Assembly: GCA_964016885.1 (NCBI GenBank)
Contig: OZ024745.1
Span: forward strand, 110,298,001 to 110,362,000
Direction of reading: 5' to 3'
Length of the DNA stretch: 64,000 bases
Origin: Eledone cirrhosa
Taxonomy: Eukaryota
Of the stretch, positions 1-11,897 are shown piece after piece. Below the pieces are notes generated by a model, which had not been told where the DNA came from, did not search any database, and saw only the letters and a program-made list of their open reading frames with translations. Positions within the stretch are counted from its first letter, which is position 1. Each line of letters opens with the position of its first letter. The position numbers and the translations under genes were made by a program.

Positions 1-352
1 ACCATTATATTGCAGACTCCTGCAATCGGAATTTGTCGATCTTGGATTTGCAGAAACTTAGCGCTGATGTTGGGTGTTGTATGTGATGTATATTGTGTGA
101 TATACGATGTAAGTTATATATTTTGCACTCAGCCTCACCGCTATGTCCGGGTCAGTATAAAATCTTTTCCTGGGTCCTGTATTTTCGTTGCTCTAGTGAT
201 GCGGCTGGACTGCCGACCGCTATATCTGATTTGCTAAGCTGTCTGAACGTAATGTTATTACTCTGGGGTCTTTCCTCATCTGAGTGCTCAAGCTACAGAC
301 CGATTATGCATTCGTTAGCTTGGCCGTGTTCTAAAGCTTCGTCAATGCTGTA
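1..352 (-). other. Putative 5'-UTR exon of a minus-strand gene running off the window start (candidate ATG at 5..3)
   Basis: Unique, GC/CpG-richer sequence bounded by minus-strand acceptor AATTTTAG (AG at 354-353). All three minus frames hit stops. Ends ...AATATA ATG GT at the window edge. No transcript evidence available. Confidence 0.35.
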
Positions 353-360
353 CTAAAATT

Positions 361-406
<46 letters not shown>

Positions 407-594
407 TTGCACACACATATATACATATATTTATATATATATTAAAGAGAGAAGAAAGGGAGTAAGATTTATATCTAATTGTCAGTCACTCAATTCTAAT
501 GAAGTCAGCAGCTTAGTCCTATAAAGACAGGGTAGAGACAGAAAGGTGTATAGATGGGGTGAGTAACATAAAACAAACGAAAATATTACGGTAG

Positions 595-970
595 GAGAGA
601 GAGGGGGGGCGGGGGTAGATGGGGAGAGAGGGAGGAGACGGGGAGAGAGACGAGAGTAGAGAGTGAGGGCGGGACGGAAAAGGGTAGCGATGAAGAAGGG
701 ACGGAACGGGGAGGGAGAGAAGGGAGAGAGAGAGAGAGGAGGGAGAGAGAGAAGGGAGAGAGAGAGAGAGGAGGGAGAGAGAGAAGGGAGAGAGAGAGAG
801 AGGAGGGAGAGAGAGCAGGGAGAGAGGAGGAGAAAGAGAGAGCAGGAGAAAGAGAGAGGGAGAGAGCAGGAGAAAGAGAGAGGGAGAGAGTAGGAGAAAG
901 AGAGAGAGAAGGGAGAGAGAGAGAGAGAGGGAGAGTGCAGGAGAAAGAGAGAGGGAGAGAGAAGGGTTAG
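595..970. repeat. GA-rich polypurine low-complexity tract with G-runs
   Basis: Nearly pure A/G run; source of ORFs 519..1010 and 663..893. Confidence 0.95.
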
Positions 971-1133
971 GGGGTGTTGGAAGCTGGGTGTTAAACGTCT
1001 TCTGAAGCATCAGAGCGGATGTCGTTGTTTTGTTTTTCTGGGCGACTTCTCCCTATATTCAGCGTTGAACTTTCGCTCCTGCCATTCAACATGGCATGTA
1101 AACAATCATCTTCAAAAAGGAAGTGCGACTCAC

Positions 1134-1253
1134 AGAAGTCATTTTTCTTTCTTTTCTTACTTCACTTTTTTTGTTGGTTTGTTAATCCTTTTTTGTTGAT
1201 TCTTTTCGTTTTCGTTTTTTTTATTTATATTTTTTTTAAAACTTATTTCACGG
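1134..1253 (-). other. Putative upstream exon of the same minus-strand gene
   Basis: Consensus donor TCT|GTGAGT (1133-1128) preceded by an A-rich leader containing ATG ACT TCT. The 5' boundary is a guess. Confidence 0.3.
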
Positions 1254-1310
1254 AAGAAAAAAAAAAAGTTGCTTTACATATATACAGACACACGTATATA
1301 TTAACATACA

Positions 1311-1356
1311 TGGATACGTATGTGTATGTATATATATATATATATATATGGATACG

Positions 1357-1393
<37 letters not shown>

Positions 1394-1398
1394 ATACG

Positions 1399-1457
<59 letters not shown>

Positions 1458-1554
1458 ATACGTATGTGTATATATATATATATATATATGGATACGTATG
1501 TATATATATATATATATATGGATACGTATGTGTGTATATATATATATGGATACG

Positions 1555-1600
<46 letters not shown>
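1311..1600. repeat. Compound minisatellite: ~7 units of GGATACGTATGTGT + variable (AT)n
   Basis: Core seen at about 1312, 1349, 1392, 1456, 1490, 1519 and 1548. Confidence 0.9.
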
Positions 1601-1606
<6 letters not shown>

Positions 1607-1636
1607 TTGCAACAACACAGCACGCCATTTTTCATT

Positions 1637-1670
<34 letters not shown>

Positions 1671-2490
1671 TGTGCGTGTGTGTGAGGATAATGCAATGTA
1701 TAATATATATATGTATGTATATATACATATATATATACACACACACATATATATACACAGACACACTCATATATATATATACATTATATACATATATGTA
1801 TGTATGTATGTATGTGTGTGTGTTGTGCACGTGTTATGCTTCCTCTATTTCTCATTCTCACTTCCATTTCTATCATCACCGCCATCACAATCACTTTCTA
1901 ACCCCCCACCCACCCTCCCCCTCCTCAACCTTCTACCCTGTCTCTCGTAGTGGTACGTGTCCCACTGTCTTTCTCACTTCACCCCGCCATATATAACACA
2001 TATACATGTATACACACACACATATATATATATATTACACAAATTCATCTTAATGCATGCATCTACATGTGCTTATGTATGTGTGTATATGTATGTATGT
2101 ATGCATGCATAGACCAACATACATGCGTACGTACATATTTAAATACTTGTGCTTGTACACAGAACACGCACAAATTTCTCAGCAGTCACCAACAGCTGTC
2201 GGCTTGCTTCATTTAAGACGTTTTCTACCGGACTGAAAAAAATTGTCGACTTCTGCTGGGGTGACAGCAGTTTTGTTATTTCGCGTTCACCCTCACCAAA
2301 TGAGGGTGGTATCTAGCCAAAATATACCGAATTACCTCAAGACCAGTAACTTGTCTCTGCTACTGACAAGAACTGAAGACGTTAAATCATTGTCGCTTTT
2401 ATTTCAGGAATTTTAGCAGCATTCTTACCGCTCAAACCTTCCTTGTGAAATCAAAACAACTACAACAAAAACAATGCCGGCTCTCTCCGT

Positions 2491-2524
<34 letters not shown>

Positions 2525-3237
2525 CAGGCTGGTTGTTTGGTTGGGACAGTTGACATTTCGTATTTAGAATATCGTTTCTCTTCAAGTCAGTCCTGAACCG
2601 GGCAAACCAAAAGCGTTCTAAATTGATCCTCCCGATTTATTTTCAGCAACAGCATATCCTAGACTACATCATCAAATGTCTTGGTAAAGTACGTATTTTT
2701 TTATTTGAACCAGTTGGCTGAAATCCTTTGAACATTGGATCTTTCGAGTATTGGCCATAGGTTTATTTACTCCAGTAAATACCACCACATGCCAACCACT
2801 AATTTAATTTGTTTAGAAGATGTAAAAGAAATGACGATGTAGTAATTGAAACATGACGAATACTTCGGAAAAGTGTATCAGTAACGATTTGTATTTATTG
2901 AAGTAGCTTGTTACAATTTTGGTAGTGAAACGGGCCATGATGTGTAATCCTGAGGTATAGGATAGGATTAGGAAAAGTTTAGCATCTGTGCTTGGTGTGG
3001 TCAGTTCTAGAGCCGTTGGTGAAAGAGAGGTAGATTGTCCTTTGCTCCTTCTTTTATAATCTCTGAAACGGAAGTTCAAGGAGTTTTCTAGAAACTTTGG
3101 CTACTTCCCTTTGTCTAGAGAGCTCTACATATCTTTAGGGTCACTTCTGACTCAGAATTGAGCTGGGCGAAACAACGACAGCAGTTTTGTCTGTAATAAA
3201 TTGTAATGTTATTTATACAACTGTGAATAAAATCTGC

Positions 3238-3862
3238 CTCGGTCACACACCACAAGGGTCAACGGAAATCTTTTAGGCAAAACAACACAGTCGCAGCATT
3301 ATCGCAGATGATGACGAGGCTAAGGCGCTGAAACAAACAGGCAACCTCACGGCATCACCTGACACCTCGGTAAGGCGAGCAGCCAACGGTGACAAGAACA
3401 TCACTGTCAGCGGCCTAGCACCATCAAACGTCTCGAAAGCCATAGGCTGGAAAATAGCTATTTGATAGATCCCTGTATTTTAGGATTTTATTCTTCTCGG
3501 CTATGGAAGCAGTGACCCTCATATTTACCGCGGCATCCATGATGGGGAAGGGAGCAAAGAGTCACTCCCTGTGGCGTCCCAGATGAGACATCTACCTCTT
3601 AACCTGGGACAAACTGTAAGAACATCTAGTCTCTTCCCACCAATTCTGGATAATCGAGCCAGCTCCAGAACTGAAGGGATATTTACCCAAGGTAGGGCCT
3701 GCATAATGATCAGGTTTAGCTCGCTGTAGCGGGCGAAGCGACCAGCATTCAGGCGGAAAGACAAACCATTGAGGCGTCTTAGCCTCGCCATCACCAGCAG
3801 TTATGCTGCGAGCGTATTGGCTTGCCTCAAAAATGTCCGTTGACCTTTATGGTGTGACCGAT
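3238..3862 (-). mobile_element. 3' fragment of a CRE-type (restriction-like endonuclease) non-LTR retrotransposon, with an inverted second copy of its 3' end
   Basis: Minus-strand translation (frameshifted): GLSFRLNAGRFARYSELNLII..ALP.VNIPSVLE..LSRIGGKRLDVLT..RGRCLIWDAT..AEKNKILKYRDL..FQPMAFET..FQRLSLVII.DNAA. This matches the RLE C-terminus (GKRPD/WD.T/QRLS..RGNA) of CRE-like elements. Confidence 0.8.
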
Positions 3863-4306
3863 TGACATATTTGGTAATGAATTATATTTTACTCGCTTTG
3901 ATCATATATTTTTGTGGATTATATTTATAAGATTCCTAGCAATAATCAATTATATTTATAATAAAATGTTGTGGTTTTCTGTAAAATATATATACCGTTG
4001 ATAGAGATAGAAGGCTAAACAATGCCAAATGGACTGTAAGATGACGTAACGAAAAGTTACCTGGTAATCTTTGTTTTTGTTTGTTTTTTCTGTCCAATAT
4101 TTCGGCCATAAAAGTCCCTTCTTCGGAGTTTTAGGAACTTTCTAATCTCCTCTCTTTGGGATTAAATTTTGATTTTGATTTAAATTTTTTCTAAGTCGTT
4201 TACAAGCGTTTTTGTACGGTTATTTCGCTCTTCATGAGAATGACGTTTATTGCTAATATAGTATTTCGCGGAATCCATTTTCCTTTTTCTATGAGATTTA
4301 TATATA

Positions 4307-4747
4307 CTAGCATATGTAGTGTGCATATTGATATTATACGCAAGTATATATGCATGTAGATATGATACATCAAATAAAATTGACAATATACACAGAAATT
4401 GAACGAAGATTGTGTTACACTGTCTTATGTAATCAGTAATGTAATCCATGATACATTAAAATAAGACGATATTATATATAAACTGCATTAGGAGAAAATT
4501 AATGACGTGAATATATGAATGTTTATTTAAGCGATCGCTAACCGGAAGTGTTGACATTTGCAATTTTAAAGAAGTGAATCTTAAAATAAACAACAAAATT
4601 ATTTATTTTTAATCACGAAATTTAGTAGATAAATTATGTAATATTCATTCATTATATATTCAAAGTAATCCAACTTATTTTACAAACGGGATAAAAAAAA
4701 TATATTCTGGACACAGTCCCGCACTCCTTACTTTATTATAGTTTAGA
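4307..4747 (-). mobile_element. Non-autonomous Helitron-like element (copy 1, terminal hairpin missing)
   Basis: Clearly homologous to 12223-12703. Minus strand reads A|TCTAAACTATAATAAAG...CTAG|T. Confidence 0.75.
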
Positions 4748-5010
4748 TTTATATATTTGGCGTTTGACTACTGAAAAGGTCTAATAATAACAGGGCATAT
4801 AAAAAAATTGTCATCAACATGCATAAGAAACGAACCCAAACTTGTTATTTTCGCGATAAATGTGCTTACAGATTACACCAACTTGACCTCACCTTTTTTC
4901 TCCAAGATATTTAGAAGCTATAATTCAATAGCAATACATTTGTAAACGATCACGTGTTTAAAAGATGACGGTGGAATTTGAATTTCACCCATTTTTTACT
5001 ATAGTCTAAT

Positions 5011-5197
5011 AATAATGTTTCTACTTTGGGCTCAAGGCCAGCAATTACCCTCAGTATATTACTGGTACTTTATTTCATCGACCCTGTAAGAATGAAAAGC
5101 AAAGTTAACCTCGGCAGATTTGAACTCAGAACATAAAGGGCCATAACTCTATGCAGAAAAACTTTGTGTTTGACGCCCTACCGATGCTGCCAATCCA
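5011..5197 (-). mobile_element. tRNA-derived SINE family A
   Basis: B-box GAGTTCAAATC, central (G)CTTTTCATTCTTACAGGGTCGAT...GTACCAG block and AAT tail; many homologues in the window. Confidence 0.9.
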
Positions 5198-5854
5198 ACA
5201 AAGTGTATAAGCTCTACAACGGAATGCATGCTGATGCCCATATTTCCCCGTTATAGGGGATTATGTCCCCTGTTATTATTAGACTATTTCCTATTGTCAA
5301 AAATAGTCAAAAGCTATTAATTCAATTCATTTTGTTTAAAAGGAAGGTGGGGATATTAGCCGAATCGGCTAAAAATAGTTGGTTTTAATTTATATAATAC
5401 TACGACTATGGTTTCTGGAACTCAAGATACAACACACGGGCGGTGGAAACATTTCTGAATTGGAGTGGGGTCGGGGCAAATTTTGTCAATTTAGTTCTCA
5501 CTTTTCTAAGTACCTTTTAAAGAACTGGCCTCCTTAATATTGTTGTATCTGCTTCCCCTAAAATAAATTCTTAATTTATCGATTTTTTCTAGTTCCCTCA
5601 TATATATTAGCTATCTTAGCATTTGTTCGTGTCTTTCCGATCAAATTGTCTCCTCCAAACCATTTAGATTACCTGCCCTCCTTTCATATTGATGACGTTA
5701 TGCTGCTATATTAAGTATTACCGTCAACCCCAGTGAGTCAGCTACTGGTGCTATCATTTGCTGACTGACTAGCAGCTAATGCCGCAAGTGAGGTACTACC
5801 ACAGACTTGACATTATAGTCGTAAGGTCGATTCTCAGAAACCTTTTATATGACT

Positions 5855-5959
5855 GCTGACTGATGAAGATTCCATGATCCGGAATTTGCTGGTTATGGAT
5901 TTATTATTAATCGGTAACCAACGGATTCAGCATAGAATTTGAAACAGTACTGTACCAGT
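5855..5959 (+). ncRNA. Type I hammerhead ribozyme-like motif with 74-nt stem II
   Basis: CTGATGA 5860-5866; stem II AGATTC/GAATTT plus nested GAATTTG/CGGATTC, TGGTTA/TAACCA, GATT/AATC; GAAA 5941-5944; palindromic stem III ACAGTACTGT; GUA site at 5954; stem I GCTGA/CCAGT with an A.C mismatch next to the core. Confidence 0.65.
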
Positions 5960-6179
5960 TTAGAAGTGGATTTTTGTGTGCTAAACTAGGAGGCTACTGG
6001 CTGTTTTAATTTATAAAATTGTGAGTACTTTAATGTTTTCATTTGTTGATACAATAATTACACTTGTCTTCATAGCTTAGGCTTCTGGCTGGGAATGTTG
6101 TGTTACAATTAATTCAATGCATGAGCTCCAAATGAATTTGTTGAACAAATTGTAAACATCGAGATCAAAATCACTGGAT

Positions 6180-6522
6180 CATCATCATCATCATCATCAT
6201 TTCATTTTACGTCCGCTTTTTCCCTGCTTGCAAGGGTGGGACGGGAACTGATTTTGGCTTGGTTTCTACAGCTGGATGCCCTTCCTAACACCAACCTCAT
6301 TTACAGTGAGTGCTGGGTGCTTTTTTGCCGTGGCACCTGCACGACCACTTTGTAGTGGAATGATATGGACCCCAGTCCCTATCATCTCATTTCTACAGCT
6401 GAGTAAACTGGAGAAATGTGAACTAAAGTGTCTTGCTCAACACATCACCCGGTCTGAGAATTGAACTCACAACCCTTCGATTGCAAGGCCAATGCTCTAA
6501 CCACTAAGCCATGTGCCTCCAT
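6180..6522 (-). mobile_element. tRNA-derived SINE family B with RTE-type tail and (ATC)n
   Basis: A-box TGGCTTAGTGG, B-box GAGTTCAATTC, GAGCAAGACACTTTA body; homologous to 43268-43710. Confidence 0.9.
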
Positions 6523-6744
6523 GGATATCGATCTAAACTGTTATCATATATATATAGCATTATATCTGATGTTCTAATGGCTCTGCCAATTTACTCCCTA
6601 TCTGTTTACAGAATAGATAATTCAAAACAATACTGAAGTTGGTGTTAACACATCTAATGCAAAAGAACAAAAACAGCTATATAAAAAACATTAGTTACAT
6701 ACCTCTAACAAATCATCACTGAATATCTGTGGATATATTAAGTA

Positions 6745-6860
6745 TAGGCATAGCTGTGTAGTTTAGGAGTTTACTTCAGAACCATATGGTTTCAGACCCA
6801 TTGAGTGGCCTCAGGTTCATACCAACTCCTTGTGAATAAGATTTGGTAGACAGAAACTAT
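6745..6860 (+). mobile_element. Old tRNA-derived SINE fragment (third family; also 51865-52165 and ~61100-61190)
   Basis: Shared GCTGTGT..AGGAGTTT.CTTC..ACC.ATGTGG and CCTTGTGA.T..ATTTGGTAGA blocks between copies. Confidence 0.6.
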
Positions 6861-6871
6861 GCATATTTATA

Positions 6872-6910
<39 letters not shown>

Positions 6911-6916
<6 letters not shown>

Positions 6917-7010
6917 TAGGATGTGGTAAAAATCCAGGTGGATCATAACCCACCAGATCTAGCTGTCAAAATGTCCGGAGCTCAGCTGTCGGGGTCCTGA
7001 ATCTTTTCAT
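6911..7010 (+). mobile_element. TA-embedded fold-back family C, deleted copy
   Basis: Homologous to 16971-17149; flanked by (TA)n. Confidence 0.75.
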
Positions 7011-7290
7011 ATATGTATATATATATGTATATGTGTGTGTGTATATATATATATATAACCCGAAAAGAAGAAAAGATCAATATCATCGGTAACTACTGAG
7101 CCGCAGGTTTTATATCAGAGTTATCCCAGTTTCCTGAGTTGCCTTCTCCTAGAGAGTGGGATTGGCTTAGTGCACAGTCTTTCCTCACTTTAAAAAATAT
7201 CTTCACGCACAGGCATTGCACAATAGAATTAATTAATAATTATCAATAATGGTATAACATGCAATGACCATACTCGATAACGAGGGGGCA

Positions 7291-7339
<49 letters not shown>

Positions 7340-7784
7340 TATAGATAGGTAAATATACACGGGTGTGTATGATTGTGTATAGAAGATTATATTAATAAGA
7401 GGAATTCCAACTTTGTCTGATTTACTCGTTTTATTTACAATCCTTTAAAATATATATAATATGGTATTATAATGAAATAGTATGATAGAATATTAAATTC
7501 TAAGTGTTAATTGAACAAGTACTTTCATGCTTTCGCAATCTTCAGGTTCATGATATGTGGTGACAGTCGAGTGCAAATATATATATATGCATGTATATAT
7601 GTGTGGGTGTCTATAACTACAGCTTAGTGACTGAACAAAAAGATGAAAAAAGGACGTACCAGACTTGATAAAATAAGTACTGGGGCATATATGATCAACT
7701 AACACCCTTCAAAATGGTGCCCCATTTCTATCATTTATACACTTTTCTCACTAGATAAAAATATTTTTCTAATGAGAGAACCTC

Positions 7785-8150
7785 TATATAGTCACCCTAT
7801 TCACTAGAAATAGCAACCAAATTCCTTCATATTATATGCCCATCATCGTAGTCGTCAAAAAGAGAAACATTAAATAATTGTTTCTTCTTTTGGCACAAGG
7901 CCAGCAATTACACAGTGCATTACTGGTACTTTATTTTATCAACCCCGTAAGGATGAAAGGCAAAGTTAACCTCGATGGGATTTGAACTCAGAATGGCAAG
8001 GGCCATAACTCTATGCATCAAAGTATGGCATCCGACCCTCTACCAATATTGCCAATACAGTCTTAGATGTCTAGGGTGGGTGGGGACATGAATGTCAAGT
8101 CTGGAATACATCTGCTCAATCAAAGTTGACCTGAGGCTAAGCAACAACAA
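7785..8150 (-). mobile_element. Old dispersed repeat interrupted by a SINE A copy (7873-8056, minus)
   Basis: The two flanks join into the repeat also seen at ~2570-2700, 41050-41220, 46130-46310, 54600-54810 and 55385-55580 (GGACTACAT..; GGAGATTTGGCTGCTATTT). Confidence 0.65.
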
Positions 8151-9835
8151 ATTTCTGGTATATAGTTTATATACGGACTAGGAAACCCCTCTCACACACA
8201 TATTGCATGTTTGTAATGGAAACTAAATCTACCGACATCAAACGACCCAAACTACTGACATTAAAAGTGTCTTCTGTAATATTTTATTGTTCGTCTGTCA
8301 GAAAATATTACCCTCTTTCAACAAGGAAAAAAAAAATGTACAAAATTCTAAAACAAAAACAATTTAAAATATAAAAACTTCTGAACCAGCTCCTTGCAAC
8401 ATCTTTTTGAGTTGTGCGATTAAGTAAGCTACTTAAACACATTAGAACTTCCCTTTTCTCCAAATATATTTAGAATTGGCAGAACAAAAGTTGTGCCAAA
8501 GCAGGAAATGAAAACATTACATATGTGCATAGCTATCACCAAATACACTGTACACATGGTAAAATTACGCTTTTAAAATTCAAGTATCTTGGTGTTAGTG
8601 AACTAAATAAATATATACAATGGCAAAAAACGAAAATTGTTTCCATTGGAATTGGTTGTGAGGAATAAAGCAAGAATTTATTCTTCAAATAGTAAGCTTC
8701 TAAAGCCAAATGTTTGTATTTTTAGAAACCGATACTGTTTTCTGATTGTTTTTTTTTTTGTTTTTTTTTGTTTTTTAACACAGTCTATAAATGGCATAGG
8801 AATAAATGAAGGGAACTGAAAGCAATAAGAGTGACATTTGTATGTCTTTTGACTACAGAACTGTCAACCATAAGGCAAAGCAGAGACAAGCAAAGGCTTC
8901 ACATTATATGTTTTTATTCGACTATAGATATGTCAACTGTAAGTCGAAGCAGAGACAGCCAAAGGCTTAACATTGTGTATTTTTATATCTACCCCCATCC
9001 ACTAGAAACACGTAATGCCATTTTGTCAGCATGTCTTCATAAGACTAGTGCCTGAAAAGAAATAAATAAACAAGTCTCATGGTCATTTCTGAACTTAAAT
9101 AAGTTGAACAAAAAAAATGTTTTCCTGCTACATTATAAATATATCAGAAGACGACAGCATTTGTTTAATGTGTAGCAGTCTGGGTTTAAACGCTGTCTTT
9201 CAATTCAGAAGTGGGTCATCACGATCACAAATTCCAGGGAATGTTTCAGCCAAAAGTGGATTTTGTCATCATGACATCCCATTTCCTGCTGAGACACTCC
9301 CAGTGTATATTTTGCAGCCAATCTTGACCTGTCTGTCAACGCCTTTCAGACAATTTTTGGTGTGAAGACTTAAACTGAAAAAAAAAATGAGAAGCAATTT
9401 CCAGATTGTAAACGGCCTGGAGATTTCAAACTTCTGACTTTTAATTTTCATTTCACTTTGTCTCTATAATTATCATCTTCAGCTTCAACTGCACCAGCAT
9501 TAACATCTTCATTTAATGCCTCATTTAATATCCTGGATTTGTGTTAATCCTTTTGTTAATATATTTCTAACAAAAAAAAAACTGCTTATAATTTTCAAGA
9601 ATTTGAAAATTATAAGCAGTTTTAATTGATAATATAAGTTCCTCATCCATATTTATTTTCTATCTCCCAAAACTGGAAACTACCAGTATTCCAGCATCAC
9701 TTCAATCCTTAACCCTTTTACTACCATATTTCTGATGAAATATACTACCTGATGAAGAGACAATAATCTGTGCAATGTATACAGACAGAATAATGGAAAG
9801 TATGTTTACACTTCATTATTTCAAATCAGTAGATT

Positions 9836-10203
9836 GGCGGTGGATTGGCAGTTTCGGTAGAGGGTCGGGTGCCATGCTTTCGAGCATAGTTACGTCCCTT
9901 TACGATCTGAGTTCAAATCCCGCCGAGGTTGACTTTGCCTTTCATCCTTACGGGGTCGGTAAAATAAAGTACCAGTAATGCACTGGGTAATTGCTGGCCT
10001 TGTGCCTAAAGTAGAAACAATTATTTCAAATCAGTAGAGGGTCGGACGCCATGCTTTCCCGCATAGTTACGTCCCTTTACGATCTGAGTTCAAATCCCAC
10101 CGAGGTTGACTTTGCCTTTCATCCTTACGGGGTCGATAAAAATAAAGTACCAGTAATGCATTGGATAATTGCTGGCCTTGTGCCTAAAGTAGAGACAATT
10201 ATT
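9836..10203 (+). mobile_element. Two tandem SINE A copies
   Basis: Full copy 9836-10020 flanked by direct repeat ATTATTTCAAATCAGTAGA (9815-9833, 10020-10038), followed by a 5'-truncated second copy. Confidence 0.92.
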
Positions 10204-10814
10204 TCAAAGCAAGACTTCTAATTCAAACACTATAGTTATATCTAAGTTAAAAGTAACTTAAATCTTACAGTATACATTGTGTTTTTCATAAGTATTTATT
10301 ATATGATTATATTATTTTCAAGTGCACATAGCTGTATTTTGTGGCTCACTAATGTATTATAATTAAGGCAATTTTTATTGCCAAAAAGTTAAAATTCATA
10401 AAAATGTTCATTTCAAGTTTAAAACCAAAGATTAAATGTTTTTTTTACGATTAATCATCGTAATTAACCACTTTTTAAAGTTAATAAAGTTGAAACTATG
10501 CAATAAAGTTGAAATAACGTTAAAGAAATGAGATTTCACTGAAAAATAATATATATCATTAAAAATAATTTTTCTTTTAGTAGATACTGAAAAGAATAAA
10601 TAAATTCACTGAAAGAATATAAAATAAAAAAATTATAGAATGTTGTTATAGTTAACTATTATATAAATCTTTATCTGTGATTAACTGAATTGAATCATTG
10701 GATATTTTAAAAGTTGATTACGGAGTTCTTTTGTCATTGACTTATTGGGCTGGTTTTTTTTGTTTCAAGTATTTTTAATTTTGATTATTATAAGGTTCTT
10801 ATTCTTAACTCAGA

Positions 10815-11770
10815 TGCCAAAAACAAGTCAGAAGGCAAAAGCCCTTGAGTTTACAGAAAAATTATCAAGCAAATTTGTACTGACTCACAATAACCATGCA
10901 CAGCAGACTGCGTCTTGTTAATGTCAAATGTAATAAAAGACATTTTGTTGAACTGCATAGAATGACCCCAAAACATCAAAACTATCTTTAAAAGACAACT
11001 AAAATTCAACAGCTATCTATCAAATCATTTGAATTTACTGAAAATGATCTTGGTGCTCAACTGTGACCAAATCGTTTCTAGTGGCAAACATCACTTTTCA
11101 CAAGCTCAATAATCCAAGTTTGAGAGGTCTCTTCGATTCTATCAATAAACCACTCAATCAATGTACCAAAAATATGATGAAATGCTTAGTAAAACCATGG
11201 TTGAAAATTGCAACAGCTGCCTGGTTGATCAAAATATATTATTAATTGTTGATGAAAGTGAGATCGATGACAAAAAAAATTGTCAATGTACTCTTTAGTG
11301 TGATTACAAATCCTCAAAAAACGTTCTAAATAGACTGTTTGCTACTCAAATCAGCTCTAACTGCTGCAGTCATCTCTCAGGTGATCAATGATTCGCTAAG
11401 GTGTTTAGCAGTCCCAAGAGAACATTTTCTGATGCTGCTGGGGAAACATTGCAAGCTATGTACCCTAAGCTTTTCCATGTAATCTACTTCTCCCACCTAC
11501 TGCACAACTGTGCTTTAAAAATAATCATGCACTCAATTATCTGATTACCACCGTCAGGGCTGTTACTGTCAAAAACAAGTATCATTTAGAGCATTTAGAC
11601 AATCCGACACCCCACTTAGCCAATTGTGACTAGGTGGGGTAGCTGACTGATATCTGTAATTACTATGATAGAAACTTGTAGAAATTACAGAAATTGTAAA
11701 AGGTATTTTGGTCCAGAGAGTGAAAGAAGCTGTGCAAAATCCTGAGATCAAGACTAATCTCACCCAATTC
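10815..11770 (+). pseudogene. Decayed hAT-superfamily (CGGBP1-related type) transposase
   Basis: Frameshifted translation includes FLVANITFHKLNNPSLR, LIVDESE, QAMYPKLFHVIYFSHLLHNCALK and PIVTRWG. These match the DE catalytic motif, the CxxH-like box and the TRW motif of hAT transposases. Confidence 0.7.
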
Positions 11771-11897
11771 TGTTTAAATGCTAAAGGGTTAAAGCTTATT
11801 ACATAGTTTCTCTCTCAACTCGTCTATGCTTGGTTGTTCACACACACTTTGACATTGCATATCCATCAATTGAATTTCACTCACATGGTACAGAGAT

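Noticed and set aside
519-2216. Long ORFs (163-325 aa) near the window start
   Set aside because: They are translations of GA, TA and TG microsatellites with no domain-like content.
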